NCBI GenBank assembly: GCA_965649765.1
Contig: OZ287754.1
Span: 17,360,001-17,424,000, forward strand
Length of the DNA: 64,000 bases
Reading direction: 5' to 3'
From: Bispira polyomma
Taxonomy: Eukaryota
In this document: piece by piece, positions 1 to 13,025 of the stretch
Layout: the number at the start of each line of letters is the position of its first letter
Position numbering within the stretch: position 1 is the stretch's first letter
Position numbers and translations under genes: made by a program
The notes under the pieces: generated by a model
The model's database searches: none
Seen by the model: only the letters and a program-made list of their open reading frames with translations
Told to the model about the DNA's origin: nothing

Positions 1-820
1 AAAGCCAAAGTATTTGCAGCGAGATCTCGACCTGTGTTCAACCCCTCACTGTCGGTAATCTGTTTCTGCTTCTTATTCCTAGCAGGGTTTTTTTTCACGC
101 TTGTGGTGTCCCGAACGAGAACTGCTGTATCCACAAACGTCTTGGCATATCTCGCCTTAGGGCTCGTCAACACTACACCTGAGCTAAACAGGGGTTCCTG
201 GTCATTGCTATCCACCTTTGAGATCTCAGGTTTGCGTGCACGAGAAGTGTCTACTTTAGCTAAAAGTCCCATGACCTTCTGCTCCACCAAGATCAGCTGT
301 GACTGAACTGAGGCCAGCACTGTCATTATCCCTACTCGAGTGACTGCGCCGACGTGTTGATTCCCCTTCCTTGGTTGTTTCTTGGTGCCCCACCTCACGT
401 CGGTCACTCTCCTTCCCAGACTTGGTGGGGGTGGGTTTCCTCAAACAATGCGAGTTTACAGGCCTTTCGTGTTCAATGTCGCATTTTTTGCAGAATGCTG
501 AAGTCTTTTAGCTAATATCCTGTGACGCTGTCGCCATATTAAAACCAAAGTGGCTAAAACACTAAAATAGAACCAGCCGTATATGGTGTTCATCCAATTT
601 AATCATTTAACAAAAAGTTCAATAATGAAGTGTGGAGGAGTGATGCAGCAGCTTATATAGGGGGTGGTCAGCCCCTATTGGTCAAGAGTGGACGAGTCCA
701 AATATTTGGGCGAGGGGATTCTGACTGAAGGTAATAAGCTTTACGTTTATTACCCCCAAAATAGGTTCCGCCGTAAATAAAGTTACCATATTTAAGGTAT
801 ACCCAGATTTAATCCGAAAA
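1..820 (-). mobile_element. 5' end of a probable tyrosine-recombinase (DIRS/Ngaro-like) retrotransposon: promoter-bearing terminus and decayed gag-like ORF running off the window
   Basis: The minus strand has CCAAT and TATATAA, then an ATG at about 537 reading MATASQDIS*KTSAFCKKCDIEHERPVNSHC (Cx2Cx3Hx7C knuckle, recalled from YR-element ORF1 N-termini). A coiled-coil-like stretch follows a frameshift near 305. No RT or YR lies inside the window, so the family call is inference. Confidence 0.45.
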
Positions 821-3359
821 CTCTAACATAATCGGTTTGGCTTTATTTTTAATGGATTGTGTATTTTCGTATGTACACTTTACATTAAAACTGGGTAACC
901 TATTCATAGATCAAATTACCCAATTTTCGACCATATAGCTTCAATTTTCACGTTTTCAATGGGCAACTTATTTCACAGGTCCCAACCCTACCATCTTTGC
1001 AAGAACAATTTACCAATAGTACCCAAACCAGACTACGAATCTCTCTAGCTTTAGAGATAAACATTATCTTATTTTTAATTATAATCGTAAACTTGCAAGC
1101 AAACTAACACAAAAACTAAATTTGCAATAACCCAAACGTTGAGACAACGAAACCATGACTTGTGTATAATGTCTAAATGTATACCAGGTAGGGCTGATGA
1201 TCCGTTAACACTGGAGCTATGTATAGTACAACATTTTCCCTTAGAAAGCTAATGTATGCTGCAAGTAACCAAGCAAAATTGAAATAAAGATGAAGAAAGG
1301 AACCAATTCAATGCTGACCAATAGTGATTTTTTGGATTCATCGAAAGAATAATTTGAACTATAATTCTCTAATCTCTGAGCTCTTCTTCCCTTTGTTCCA
1401 TGCAGAACACAGGAATTGGGTCAACATTCTGTGTGTTTAATTCTTGCTTCTGGTCTTGTGAATAAAAGCCTTTATTGACTTGAAAAATCCATTGGCTTTC
1501 TGTTTTAACTGCCTTTCTGTTGAATCCTGATCACTTCACCTTCCATGCATTCAGATGCAGTTGGCGCCACCTTTTTCTTTAGAAAGAAGAGAGATGGTAT
1601 ATACTCTCACCTTCCATGCACCAATACTTCTTAGCACTTATTTTCAACAATTACTTTAAAACTAACTTGACTAGGTAGCTGCATGCTTCCTCATTTATAA
1701 CCACACTGGCGTCAACGTAGAAGTTGTCATTCCAACACAAGCCTATGACATTATAATTTTAACAGATCAATGTGCAGGTTCCTAAATGCACATCAGATAT
1801 CAACCTAACACAATAAGATTCGAGGACTAAATTTCTTTGGCAATGTAATCTATTGTTGGATAAGTCAACTGAAACGTTTAACCGCCAACACTCGTTATCC
1901 GGTGTATTACTGTTGATGAAATTCCCACACGGATATGAGATATTAACAACAATCAGGCTAGTGCCATTAATTGGCTTTAAAGTGAGATCGTAATGGTGAA
2001 CTGTGTATTGGTTGAATTGGAGCCTGTTTAATAAGCCCATCCAAAGCATTATGCTGTAATTCCATCTTAATATATACCTGCACATCCTATGGATATTGAG
2101 AGACGGTTTTATGATTTTAACAATCAGTATTTAATTCAAAATGGTCACAATTCCTTGTAGAAAGTGGAATTACAAGTATTCAAACAAGATTGGATCTTTA
2201 TAAGTTTTCATCAATTAAGAACAGAGATTCACTTTTAATTGAAAGGCTATTCTCAAGCATGCGTCTATATAATGGACAGTGCCTGTTTTGGTTATATATC
2301 ATGGCCCTTAACAACCTAATCAGAAAAAGGTTTTATTTCCTAGAATTGAGTGACACATAGGTTTTTATACATACTCTTAAAATTGCAATCCTCTAAAGAA
2401 AACGTTGTCTTTTATGGAATTAATATCACCATGTGACCCTGAGTGAAAGGAGGCAAATCATTTCACATGCACACCTAGGGAAAGTTTCATGCATTTGAAA
2501 AATATGTAGGACAAGTATTAAAGGGGGATACTGCCATGATGAAAACATTTTCTCTAAGTGCAGCTGTACTCTTACTGCAAGGGTCATCCTGTGGTACCTT
2601 AGTACCCATTTCCATACCATTAATTTCAACAGATTTTTTTAAACTATTCCATTGTCGTACTGATGCATAGCCAGAGGCATCATAAATTCCCTAATTTGTT
2701 GCTAGTATATCGAACTGGATTAGCAAAAAGTTCACAATTATTAAAAGAAACATGTACAAATTCGGTTTTTGCAGCATGAACATTAGCATGATACTATGTC
2801 GGCATGGCAATATTTAACCTAATTAGACTTTACATTAGACTTTTATGGACCAACATTTTGCTGCATTTCAACTTAACCTAGAGAGCCAAGCAACTATAAG
2901 CTGTAACTTTTTCAAAAATTGTTTAGTTCCAGGATTGTTTTATCAGTCAAACTGGGAAAACTATTCACCTCAGAACCCTTACAATTTCCTGAATGTTTTT
3001 TAATTGATTTGCTTTTTAAACCACAAAGTATGATCATACTTGGAATTGCAATAAATTCTAATGAGGATAGCTGTGCCCATTTTATCTCCTGATCCTTTTT
3101 GGCACTACCATGGTATACATTTGGTGAATACTTTTGATAACAGATGGCCATGCTGCCGCCACACGTTGGGAGATATATTCCCTACTATGGAGGGTTGCTT
3201 ACCACTTAATAAAGCCTCATTTTGAAAAAAACAAGATTGCTGCCATAAATGCTTCTATGAAAATCACCTAACCATCATTTTTTGACATACTATGGCTTCT
3301 GTGCATTGTTGAAATATATGATTTACATATTTGATCATTTTCTACAATATAGGAAAGTT

Positions 3360-4280
3360 TATATATTTGGCTCCTGTAGCTAAGTGAGGAATATCAACCA
3401 TAGCTAGTGTAAGGAAATCTTCCAAGGTGTCAAATATGTTGTTCAGCTACTTTTTAATAATCTACAACAAAGCAATGTTTGAAAAGTGTGGCTGTTTACA
3501 ATAATGGGTAATAGTGTGGCTGTTTACAATAATGGGTAATAGATACTTTTAAGATTTATCACTGGTCAAAATGAGTAATGTCCTTTGAAAGTATTGCTTC
3601 TAGGCAGTTTTGTGACATAGGATTTTCAGCTAAAATTTCATTTTCTAGAACCTGGTTAAGTTACAGAGGTGTAACAATGTAGCTGAGTGAGTAATAGCTA
3701 CTTTGAGTACTGACTACTGGTCTAAATAACTAATTTGCCTTAAATTGTAAATCAATTATAACAATGTTGGTATTCTTTATTAAATAATTTACGAACATGT
3801 AGAGTTTTAAAAGCGTAGCCCTGTAGCTAGGCGAGTAATACCATCCAGATACTTTGAGTAATTCACTTGTAACTCCTAAACTATTGCTTCTATAGGGTGT
3901 TTTGTCAATATGTGGTACACTACTTTTTGATAACCTACGACATGGTCAAGTTTCATAAGTGGAGATGTTTACAATAATAATGTATGGCTGCTTACACGAT
4001 TGATCACCAGTAAAATGAGTAATATGCTAAGCTTGTAAAGTATTGCTTAGTGTAAAATTAGTTATTTAGATAAATTTTAACTTTCTACAACCTGGCTAAA
4101 TTACAGAGGTGCAGCACTGCAGCTAAGTGAGTATTGGCTACTGGTCTAAATGGCTAATTTATCTTGTAATGACATAGGAGAAAGAAATAAGGCGATTTAC
4201 TATCATCAGGAACTGTAACCAACTTATTTCCTCCGGTGAATACAATATGCACCGGGTATCCGATGCGATACTTCTATTTT
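3360..4280. repeat. Degenerate internally repeated block (units of about 130-260 bp), possibly a non-autonomous element core
   Basis: 3480-3740 resembles 3950-4165 and 3365-3500 resembles 3815-3980. There is an exact 27-bp duplication gtgtggctgtttacaataatgggtaat near 3486-3540. Confidence 0.5.
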
Positions 4281-5428
4281 TTTCTTTTGCAGTTCAACTG
4301 GTAAAACAATGTGTAAATATGCTTATAACTGTTGAGACCCCCATTAGGATGCTCCTGACACTCACTGGTAACTCACTGGTACACAGCCCCTTATTACACT
4401 TTTAACATGGAACCACCCCACCCCTTGGATGTAAACCCAATGTAATTTGACATGCTCAATCTGATTGAGCACTACTTTGTGGGTAGTTTTGGCGGTGTAC
4501 CAGCTCGTCATCTTGACACGGCTGCATAAATGCAATTATGCAATCATGTTCTCGCTAATACTATGACTTGGTACCTCTAAAATGAACTATATAACCCTGT
4601 CAAAACTCCTAATAGAGTACTCCTCATAGTCCATAGTTTGAACATGAAATAATTTTGAGCACACAACTTTTTACCATGTGATCACAAGATTTCATAATCA
4701 TGAGATCAGTATTGGTCTTGACAGTTTTTCATGACAAATGTTTGACAGGACACGAAAATACTGGAAATTGACATTTATGACATCAGTTTGACCTTAAACC
4801 CCAAAGATTATAGGTCAACTCTGAGATGTGCATTATATTTCCACAATATATTCCAAGGCTGTAAACCAATAGCAAAGAAGATAAAATTTAAGGCAAAAAC
4901 ATAAAATTTCTTGTATACATCGTATGCCAAATAATATGGAAAATCTCTTTAATAAACTTAATTATCTCAGACCTTCTGTGGAAGCAGATGTTATGACCCA
5001 GTTTCAGACCAATTTCATTTGCGGAGTCCAACCAAAATTAACAAGAGGAAACTACAGGTATATACAGTAGCCTCTAGAACCAGTACAACTCAAAATGCAC
5101 TATGACCAGCACCAATTGTGTTTAGTCCCAACAATACCAAAACTACCAATTTTGAATTAGGTTTAAAAAGATTTGAGCCAAAACTAAACCCAATTCCTCA
5201 ATATACTAAAAATTCAATTAAAGAAGAGTGTACTGTAATGGAATAAATGACCTGCCAAAATATCTGCAGGAAGTGTTGCTTTGAATTGGTAAGGTAAATT
5301 TAAAGAATGTGGCTGAGGTGATAATGTCATTTTTGTTTAAAAAAAATTAGGCTAAACTGATCTACTAAGCACAATTTCAGATCATCAAATCTTTGGGCAC
5401 ATTGTTGGTCTGTTGGAATCATCACACA

Positions 5429-6880
5429 ACTAGAAATAGGACGCCCTGTTAAGAGTAGCTGCAACATATGAAAAGAAACAGGATAGCATAGAAGAACACA
5501 CATTAGCATGTGTAATGTCCACCCCATGAACCTTTTGAAACAATTGCACAGTAGTCTTACAGGGCTGTTTTAAAATGTCTGGACACAAATTTGTAGTCAA
5601 AGTTACACATTGGGATATTTTTAGCCAGACTTATAAAACACAAGAAATTATTGAAGTAGTATAACACGTGATCATACATTTCAAATAGAATTTTTATTAC
5701 ATAAGCATTACTACACTATCATCGACAAAAAGCTATCCTGGCCAAACTATTAACACAATTATCGTTCATATAAATTTTTGTGAAGATAGAAAACATTGTT
5801 TCATTAAAATGTCTAGAAAAAAAGTCAACTCAAAATAGCATAATAGCTATATAGCACAGTAGCTATTATTCAGTTAGCTATAAAGGTATTACCACCAAAA
5901 GCAATCCCAAGCAAGCTACTGATCCAATAATCCTCCATCCCAAATTTTGTAAACATAGGTTAAATACTTTTCTTTTAAAATGCTTAAAATGAAAAAGCTA
6001 CAAAAAGTAGCTAAGTAGCTATTACTGAGTGAGTTATACAGCTATTATCACTAAAAGCAATCCCAAGCAAGCTATTGACCTCACTATTAGTCATACCAAA
6101 TTTGGTGAAGATATGTCAAATATTTTTCGTTAAAATGCCCAGAAACCAAAGAAGTACAGAAAAGTAAGTAAGTAGCTATTAATCAGTTAGTTATGGAGCT
6201 ATCTTCACCAAAAGCAATCCCATGCAAGCTTTTAAGCCAATAAACACCCATACCAAATTTGGTAAACATAGGATAAACTAGAAATAGGACGCCCTGTTAA
6301 GAGTAGCTGCAACATATGAAAAGAAACAGGATAGCATAGAAGAACACACAATAGCATGTGTAATGTCCACCCCATGAACCTTTTGGAACAATTGCACAGT
6401 AGTCCTACAGGACTGTTTTAAAATGTCTGGACACAAATTTGTAGTCAAAGTTACACATTGGGATATTTTTAGCAAGGGGGGAAATGCCAGACTTATAAAA
6501 CACAAGAAATTATTGAAGTAGCATAGCAAGTGAGTAATTTTTATTATATAAGCATTACTACACTATCATCGACCAAAAGTTATCCTGGCCAAACTATTGA
6601 CACAATTATCCTTCATATAAATTTTTGTGAAGATATAAAACATTGTTTCATTAAAATGTCTAGAAAAAAAGTCAGATAAATACTTTTCCTTGAAATGACC
6701 GGAAACCAAGCGTGACGGACGGCGGACGCTGGAAAAAGCAAAAATAATATGTCCACCCGCCACTGGGGTAGACATAATACTTTTCCTTGAAATGACCGGA
6801 AACCAAGCGTGACGGACGGCGGACGCTGGACGCCGGGAAAAGCAAAAATAATATGTCCATCCCCACTGGGGTGGATATAA
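5429..6880 (+). mobile_element. Helentron-associated interspersed element (HINE/DINE-like) with duplicated 5' block, tandem core and duplicated 3' hairpin
   Basis: Starts aactagaaatag. The 5431-5826 block is repeated at 6278-6673, with about 165-bp tandem units between them. Ends in cggacggcggacg microrepeats and a hairpin tatgtccaccc..gggtagacata, which is present twice (about 6748-6776 and 6852-6879). Confidence 0.65.
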
Positions 6881-7781
6881 ATAGAATGTACATTTATCAA
6901 ACAATTGACAGATATAGAAAGAAGAATTAGGAATACAACTTTTAATATTCAATTTTCAGTCTATAAAATGTTGATAACTGTGACACAAATTCATAAAATA
7001 ACCTTTAGTAACAGACTCTGCATGGCAGCATTTCAATCAGCACAATCACATAATACTATATTTACAGAGAAAAGACATGTAGTACTTTGAACATTCTTAA
7101 GTCTTATAACTGTCATTCTTTAACTGCCAAGTAGGCATTTCACTAATAATAATGTTTTTACTTTTATAGTGCCACAATCGATGACCAGGCAAGTGCACAT
7201 CCTAGTCTATATCCTAAGAAATAGACTGGTAGGAGAAAAGACTGGCAGTGATATTATTTCCTTCAGCAGGTGCAGCAACTTTGAATAATTTTGATCCTGC
7301 TAGGTTTTTGAACAAGACGTCCCAGGTGGAGAGATGATTTTCTTTAGTGAGATTGCTAAGAGATAACATGGATGATAAGTATCATGAATAATAAGTATCA
7401 TAGATAATAAGAATCATAGATGATAAGTATCATAGATGAAAGTAAAATATGTTAACTACTGAACCAATTCACCTAAAATTTTGTGGAAGAATGTCTTGGG
7501 TTAAGGAAAATGTAAACTTGGGAGAGTGAATGTATGTTCATAAAATGGAACATTTGAAAAATACAATTCCAGATACTAGAGGTTCTACTGTATATAGTCA
7601 AAACATTTGTGAGAAGATTTTAACTTAATCCACAACACAGGTGATATTTAATTAACTCTCCACAAAAAGTGTTGCCTATGTTTTACAAAGTAGCAATTTA
7701 TTGTAAAACACCTGACTAAGATTTGTGTCCTATTTTTTAGACGTACAATAATTACAGTAATTAATTTCTTCCATGATTCGA

Positions 7782-7995
7782 TTTGGGCCTAACTTCACTT
7801 TCAACACATTGTTTGGTTCATAGTACGACGGGCAGATTTAGTGCTAGAGAAAACCAGTGTATACTAGTTGGTCAAGATTCTACACTGGAAAACCAGCGAC
7901 CAATGGCGAGTAATTGCCAAACTTCGCACTTAAACCCCCGGCCGAGATGAGACCTGGAACCTTAGAGGGGTGAGGTGAGTGTGTTAGCAACAAAC
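7782..7995 (-). mobile_element. Old diverged tRNA-derived SINE
   Basis: Matches the young SINE copies (acgggcag..., ttggtcaagattctacactggaaaaccagcg, cttagagggg) at low identity. Confidence 0.55.
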
Positions 7996-10057
7996 CCATG
8001 AACACTCTGTTTAAACGCATTTGGATATTTTTTACTGTGTCAGTTTGACACTGTTGGAAATATGTACACAGGCAAGAGCTTTTGTGGAGAATTTATAAAT
8101 AAATCATTACTGAAAAGGGTATTTACATGCTAGTCTCTATACAGGTCGTATCTGGAACAGATTTGACCATCCATATTACAAGTGTACAGACCAAAATGAA
8201 GACTACAACAGAATATTTATGTTTGAATACATGTTGGTATTGCCTACAGGCAAGAAGAAGCACTAAGTGTTTCGGTCCACAGTTATTTGTTGAAATATAC
8301 ACACCATTGAACAGAATAACTAAGAATACCTATTGTAACTACGACACTTCTTTAAGACATCTAAGTCATCCATATACTGGTATATATATATATTTATAGT
8401 TGAACCCCCTTAAAGTTGAATCTCAAGGGATCAGGAGAAATATCTCTACTTAAGCAAGATTTCCACATAACAGGGCAGATTATAAAGGAAAAAGCCCTTA
8501 CTGGGACTACAGCTTTTTCTAGAAATAAAATTAACTAAAGAGAGTTTCTACTTTAAGGCGTTCGAGTGTATGTAAAACATCCTAATATGGCAGCGAGTCC
8601 CTTTTTGCAGTCATGCATCTACATGTAACTCAATTTCATGTCATGATTGAAATTTTGTGTTTGATTTCAGTTTAAACTCGGTTTTAATTGAAATTTTATA
8701 TCATTTAAATGTCCACTCAGTTTACAACCTCTAAACTACTGTAAACTCAACACACATAACCGGACAAGATATGGAAAGTTGTACAGCTTTTTCCCATTCT
8801 TTTGACGATCAGTGGTTTCATGACTTCAACAAACATTATTAAATATAAAAAATAACTCCTGTGTTAAAAATTAAAGAAACTTTTATTGCTACATTACCTC
8901 AAGCTACAGCAGTACCTCTATTATCTGAACATGCCAAAAGTGGTAAATTCTGTTCTGATAATATGAGTGTCATATAATAGAGTTATAGCACAAAATAATA
9001 AGGAAAACATAAATTTGAGAGAGTATTAAAGTGTGTTCATAAATTGAATATTTGGATAAGACAAGTTTGGAATAATGGAGTATTTGTTACCTATACTGTC
9101 CTGATGTGTAGATCTGGATCATCTGATCTAGATACCATTTGTTCCTCTAACTACAGCACCCATACCTTTTTGCTATTGTCAAGTGTATAAAAGATCAAAC
9201 CTGGCAAGAGACCAACTCTCCCATAAAGACCATTTAAACATATCTTTCACTCAATTATAATTTTTACTTGTTGTTTGCTGTATAAGCCTTGGCATAATTT
9301 ACGACTTTCATTGCAAATTATTATGTTTATATAGTAGTGCCGACTTGAAAATGCCATGAAAGAGCCACAACAGAGTTTTCCAGCCATCACTATGAAGGTG
9401 GAAAAAAGGTCCATTAAATTACACATCAGCACCTTAATAGTGACTTCCAGTCAGCATTAAGGAGCACCAAAAAGGGCTTTAAATTACGGTTTGGCACTAC
9501 AGCAACAATTTTAAATGTGCCATATGGAATACCCAAAAAAAGCAAGCAACAACCATTGTAGGCAAACCACTAAAAGATTGAGATATATAATATACACAAT
9601 CCAGTGGGTAAACTCAGACTATAGACTCAGTTATTTATATACTAAAACCCCTTTAGGCAGAACTTTGTTAATGCAAATTCTCATCTTATTTTGGGAGGAA
9701 ATTAGGTATTTCCAATATTTTATATTCTATCCTCTAATAGAGTAAGGAATCGAAAATTGGCCGCTGTATCTGAAATTGGCCACCTACAAAATGCTGCGTT
9801 TTTGGTAGAATTGTGGATAATATTTGCGAAAATCGAGATTTTTGTGACTATTTTGCCTAAATTACCCAAATTCCAGTAATGTTTTTGCCAAATATCAGTT
9901 ACAGTGGCCAATTTTAGATTAAAAATTTTAGATAAAAAATTTAAATTCAGGAGAGTGGAAACACATTCATATAATTAATATTTAGATAACAGAAGTTTGG
10001 ATAACAGAGGTTTCTACTGTGTGTATATGTATGTAACCAAGTTGAACTGCTGCTCCC

Positions 10058-10231
10058 TCAACTTCCAGCTTGATCCTGGTCTCCATTTCCTAACTGTCTG
10101 TCTTTATGTACAGGACTAGTGTCTAGTTGTAAACAACTGTCTTTGTCTAGTAATAATTTCAACTGATGTCTCGCACTATCCAGCAGCAGGTCTACACTGT
10201 GAAGGGACTTCTTCTTGATAACCAAGTCTCT
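10058..10231 (-). CDS. CCDC91: CCDC91 terminal coding exon (RDLVIKKKSLHSVDLLLDSARHQLKLLL...AGS*)
   Basis: ttacag acceptor, TGA stop at 10060-10058, conserved C-terminal helix. Confidence 0.9.
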   Translation of the reverse strand, partial: RDLVIKKKSLHSVDLLLDSARHQLKLLLDKDSCLQLDTSPVHKDRQLGNGDQDQAGS

Positions 10232-10549
10232 CTGTAACAAGAAAAACAAGACATTAGGGCTGTGAATAGATAACCGCACTAAATGGTGATCGACACGCAG
10301 TGGCATATTTTATTACCATCGGTTACATCGGTAATATTTGAGCACTTGAAATCCATTAAATTATCACCTATAATCCTAATTCACTTCATCAAAAGAATAC
10401 TTTTGTTTCAATTTTCGTAGCAAATATACATTTTACTCCTAAATTCCAATATTCCCCTAGATATTGGGCTTCATTTGTTCGACAGATTTTGTTTGCATCA
10501 GCCGTTAGGCCACTGTGGCCCCATTAACAAGGGATAGTCCTATACTGAC

Positions 10550-10663
10550 CTGTTTCTGTTCCTCTAGGGAAGCTTTCATGTCTTCTTGAGCAGAATTCAC
10601 AGCTTCCTTCAACAGTTTCTGACTGTTTTCTCTCTCCTCTTTAATAGCTTCTCTCATGCATTC
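10550..10663 (-). CDS. CCDC91: CCDC91 coding exon 13 (ECMREAIKEERENSQK...LEEQKQ)
   Basis: aag acceptor, gtcagt donor, 114 nt; lies within ORF 10505..10690. Confidence 0.87.
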
Positions 10664-11086
10664 CTTTAACAACGAGAATATTACACACATAAACTGAAGT
10701 AAAACTATAGTTATATTATTTCACTATCTGTTCTATTAAAGCTAGTTGTGGGCATTGAAATTTCATTGAAATTTATCTAGTTACTTATACCTCAGAAATT
10801 AAAATGCAATCAATTACAGTGTAACATTTCCCAAATAATTGGAACAAACTATTTAGTCCACCAAATTTATCTTATAATCTACCCTCTTAAAATATAAGAA
10901 GATACTGCTTTATCTTTTTATGATAAAACTTTAGAAATTCTTGTCACTTAATAACAGTGACCATTTTATGCCGACAAAAACTCCAGTAATTTTCCAACTA
11001 ATGACCTGTTTATTGTTACTTATTAACAACTGACATTTGATGCTGACAAATTAAATAAAAATACCAGTAATTCTCTAACTAATCAC

Positions 11087-11176
11087 CTGGCATCTCTGAG
11101 ATTCGTCTTTTACAGCTTTAGACAAAGTTTCTTTACTCAGTTCTCTTTCTTCTTCCAGCAAAGACTTCATTCTGTC
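11087..11176 (-). CDS. CCDC91: CCDC91 coding exon 12 (DRMKSLLEEERELSKETLSKAVKDESQRCQ)
   Basis: gtacag acceptor, gtgatt donor, 90 nt; lies within ORF 11075..11260. Confidence 0.85.
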
Positions 11177-11275
11177 CTGTACGTTTGACAAAAAGACCAT
11201 AGTATTAATTATCAAACAGTTTAAATTTGTGTGAAAAAAACAAATATTAAACAATGACATTACTGCAGAGCTACA

Positions 11276-11725
11276 CTGTAGAACCTCTATTATCCGAACA
11301 TGTGGGGGGGAGCGAGGTTTTGTTCAGATAACAGAAGAGGGTCATATAAAGTAGAAGAGGTATTTTTGTGTAAAAACAACAGAAAAAAGCTAAATTTGGG
11401 AGAGTGGGAAGAAGTTCAGATAATTGAATATTCAGATACCAGGAGATTAGAAAATTGAATTGGGATATTTAAGGTCCGCTTTAGTACCTGTTTAGGTTAT
11501 TTTGGGACGGGTAGATGGAAACGCTGGAGGAAACACTGCATACAGTTGATCAAGGTTCTGCACTAAAACCAGCGGCCCACGGTAAGGAACTACCACCTTT
11601 CCCACATAGGCATCGACGGGAGTCAAACCCACGGCAGCCGATCCCAGAGGTGAGAGACCAGTGATTGTGATGCGCAATGCTTACTAACTACTAGGCCACC
11701 GTGGTTTAGATAATAGAGGTTCTGC
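11276..11725. mobile_element. MITE of an abundant family with TIRs like CAGTAGAACCTCTATTATC (Tc1/mariner/pogo-like), interrupted by a SINE; relatives near 7440-7592, 8906-9085, 9940-10021, 11925-12090 and 63300-63452
   Basis: gtagaacctctattatccgaac at the left end and gataatagaggttctgc at the right end; a shared internal aaatttgggagagtg motif occurs across copies. Confidence 0.65.
11455..11704 (-). mobile_element. Young tRNA-derived SINE (family A)
   Basis: About 250 bp, near-identical to 19667-19922, 38679-38929 and 63533-63784. Has A box TGGCCTAGTAG, B-box-like GTTTGACTCC and an attca-type tail. Confidence 0.85.
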
Positions 11726-12403
11726 TTCTGTATAGACAGTCCAACATTATACAAGCGATCACTTGTAACTACTAGTCAATTAAGACTAATAACTATAAAC
11801 AGCAACCACTCGTGTGTTCTGCCCAATGGTCTTTGTTATGTTCTCTGACTATATGTACTTTTAACTGTAAACCAGTCACCTCTGAAGTAATCCACTCAGT
11901 GGTAATATAGTATAACCTTCTATCAATTGAACTTCTATTATCTAAATATCTAATATTATAAACTCATTTTCAATCTTCTAAATTTCCTATTGTTTGATAC
12001 AAAGATGCCTTTTCTTTTTTAAGAACCTTCTATTTTCCAAACATAATCTTGCTATCCCATATGTTTTAATAATAGAGGTTCTACTCTACATAAGACTTTC
12101 TTAACAAGCAGTGATAGTGTGTCCATTGGAAGACCAGAAAGGCTCAGAAGATGTTTCACACTGGACAGAATATATATCATCATGCTTTGAATCATCGATC
12201 TCGTAAGCGGAAAAATGCTAATAATTATAAAGAACAATTTAATACCTGTTTTGACCTTGTATTTTCTATATTTTTGTTGGAGATAAGTGAAGTTTATTTA
12301 CATTCAAAATGCCAAACGATCAGCCCCAAACTGTGATCACATGACCCAGTTAAATGGATATTGATTGATAACAGGAAATGATTGATAATAGGATTTACAG
12401 TAC

Positions 12404-12490
12404 CTTTTCTTCTTCAAGTTCTTCTTTCCATTTCTGCTTCTCCGCAGTAAATGTTTCGGCAATACTTGTCTCTGTTTCTTGTTTTATTTG
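12404..12490 (-). CDS. CCDC91: CCDC91 coding exon 11 (QIKQETETSIAETFTAEKQKWKEELEEEK)
   Basis: tttcag acceptor, gtactg donor, 87 nt. Confidence 0.85.
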
Positions 12491-12637
12491 CTGAAATGAC
12501 AAAAGTTTTTAAACATATGACATGTGCAGCTCAGTATTATGTACAACAAACTTACATACATTGTCATACATTACTATACACGTACTTCTCTTTTACAAAG
12601 GGGTATTTATATCAATATATCACATTAACTAATAAAC

Positions 12638-12873
12638 TGTAAAAATTTTATTGTAATTTATCTTTTTGAAAGATAAATACTTACCTTATCCTCACTAATG
12701 CTTTAATTTAGTACACCCAAAAATTCGACCAAAAAATCACTTAAGTCTTTTTTTGTAAGACTATTCTTGTGATTTTGATTTTTAAATTTCCCGCCAAACC
12801 TCACTGCGCATGTCCGTGCGCATGTCCCAACGCCAAGTCTTGTCTTCAAGACACCCTTCACAATTAATTTGGT
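12638..12873. repeat. DIRS 3' ITR with unique terminal extension
   Basis: Reverse complement of 17848-18040 over about 200 bp with a few mismatches. The extension 12638-12671 recurs only in the ICR. Confidence 0.9.
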
Positions 12874-12920
12874 TTAGTATTTCAAAAATTAAAAGTGGGG
12901 TAGGCTGGGTGGGATCTGAC

Positions 12921-13025
12921 TTAGTGAGGATAAGGTAAGTATTTATCTTCCAAAAAGATAAATTACAATAAAATTTTTACATTTTATACCGTTAAATACA
13001 CCTTACCTTATCCTCACTAATGCTT
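12921..13025. repeat. DIRS internal complementary region (ICR), a copy of the joined element ends
   Basis: 12921-12981 is the reverse complement of 12638-12698, and 12982-13025 is approximately the reverse complement of 18005-18048. Confidence 0.9.

Noticed and set aside
6566-6952. Three overlapping minus-strand ORFs
   Set aside because: They translate the duplicated tail of the HINE-like repeat.
11492-11677. Recurrent small ORF MRITITGLSPLG... (also 19709..19891 and 63542..63727)
   Set aside because: It is a translation of the same SINE family with non-ATG starts, and the frame is broken in other copies.
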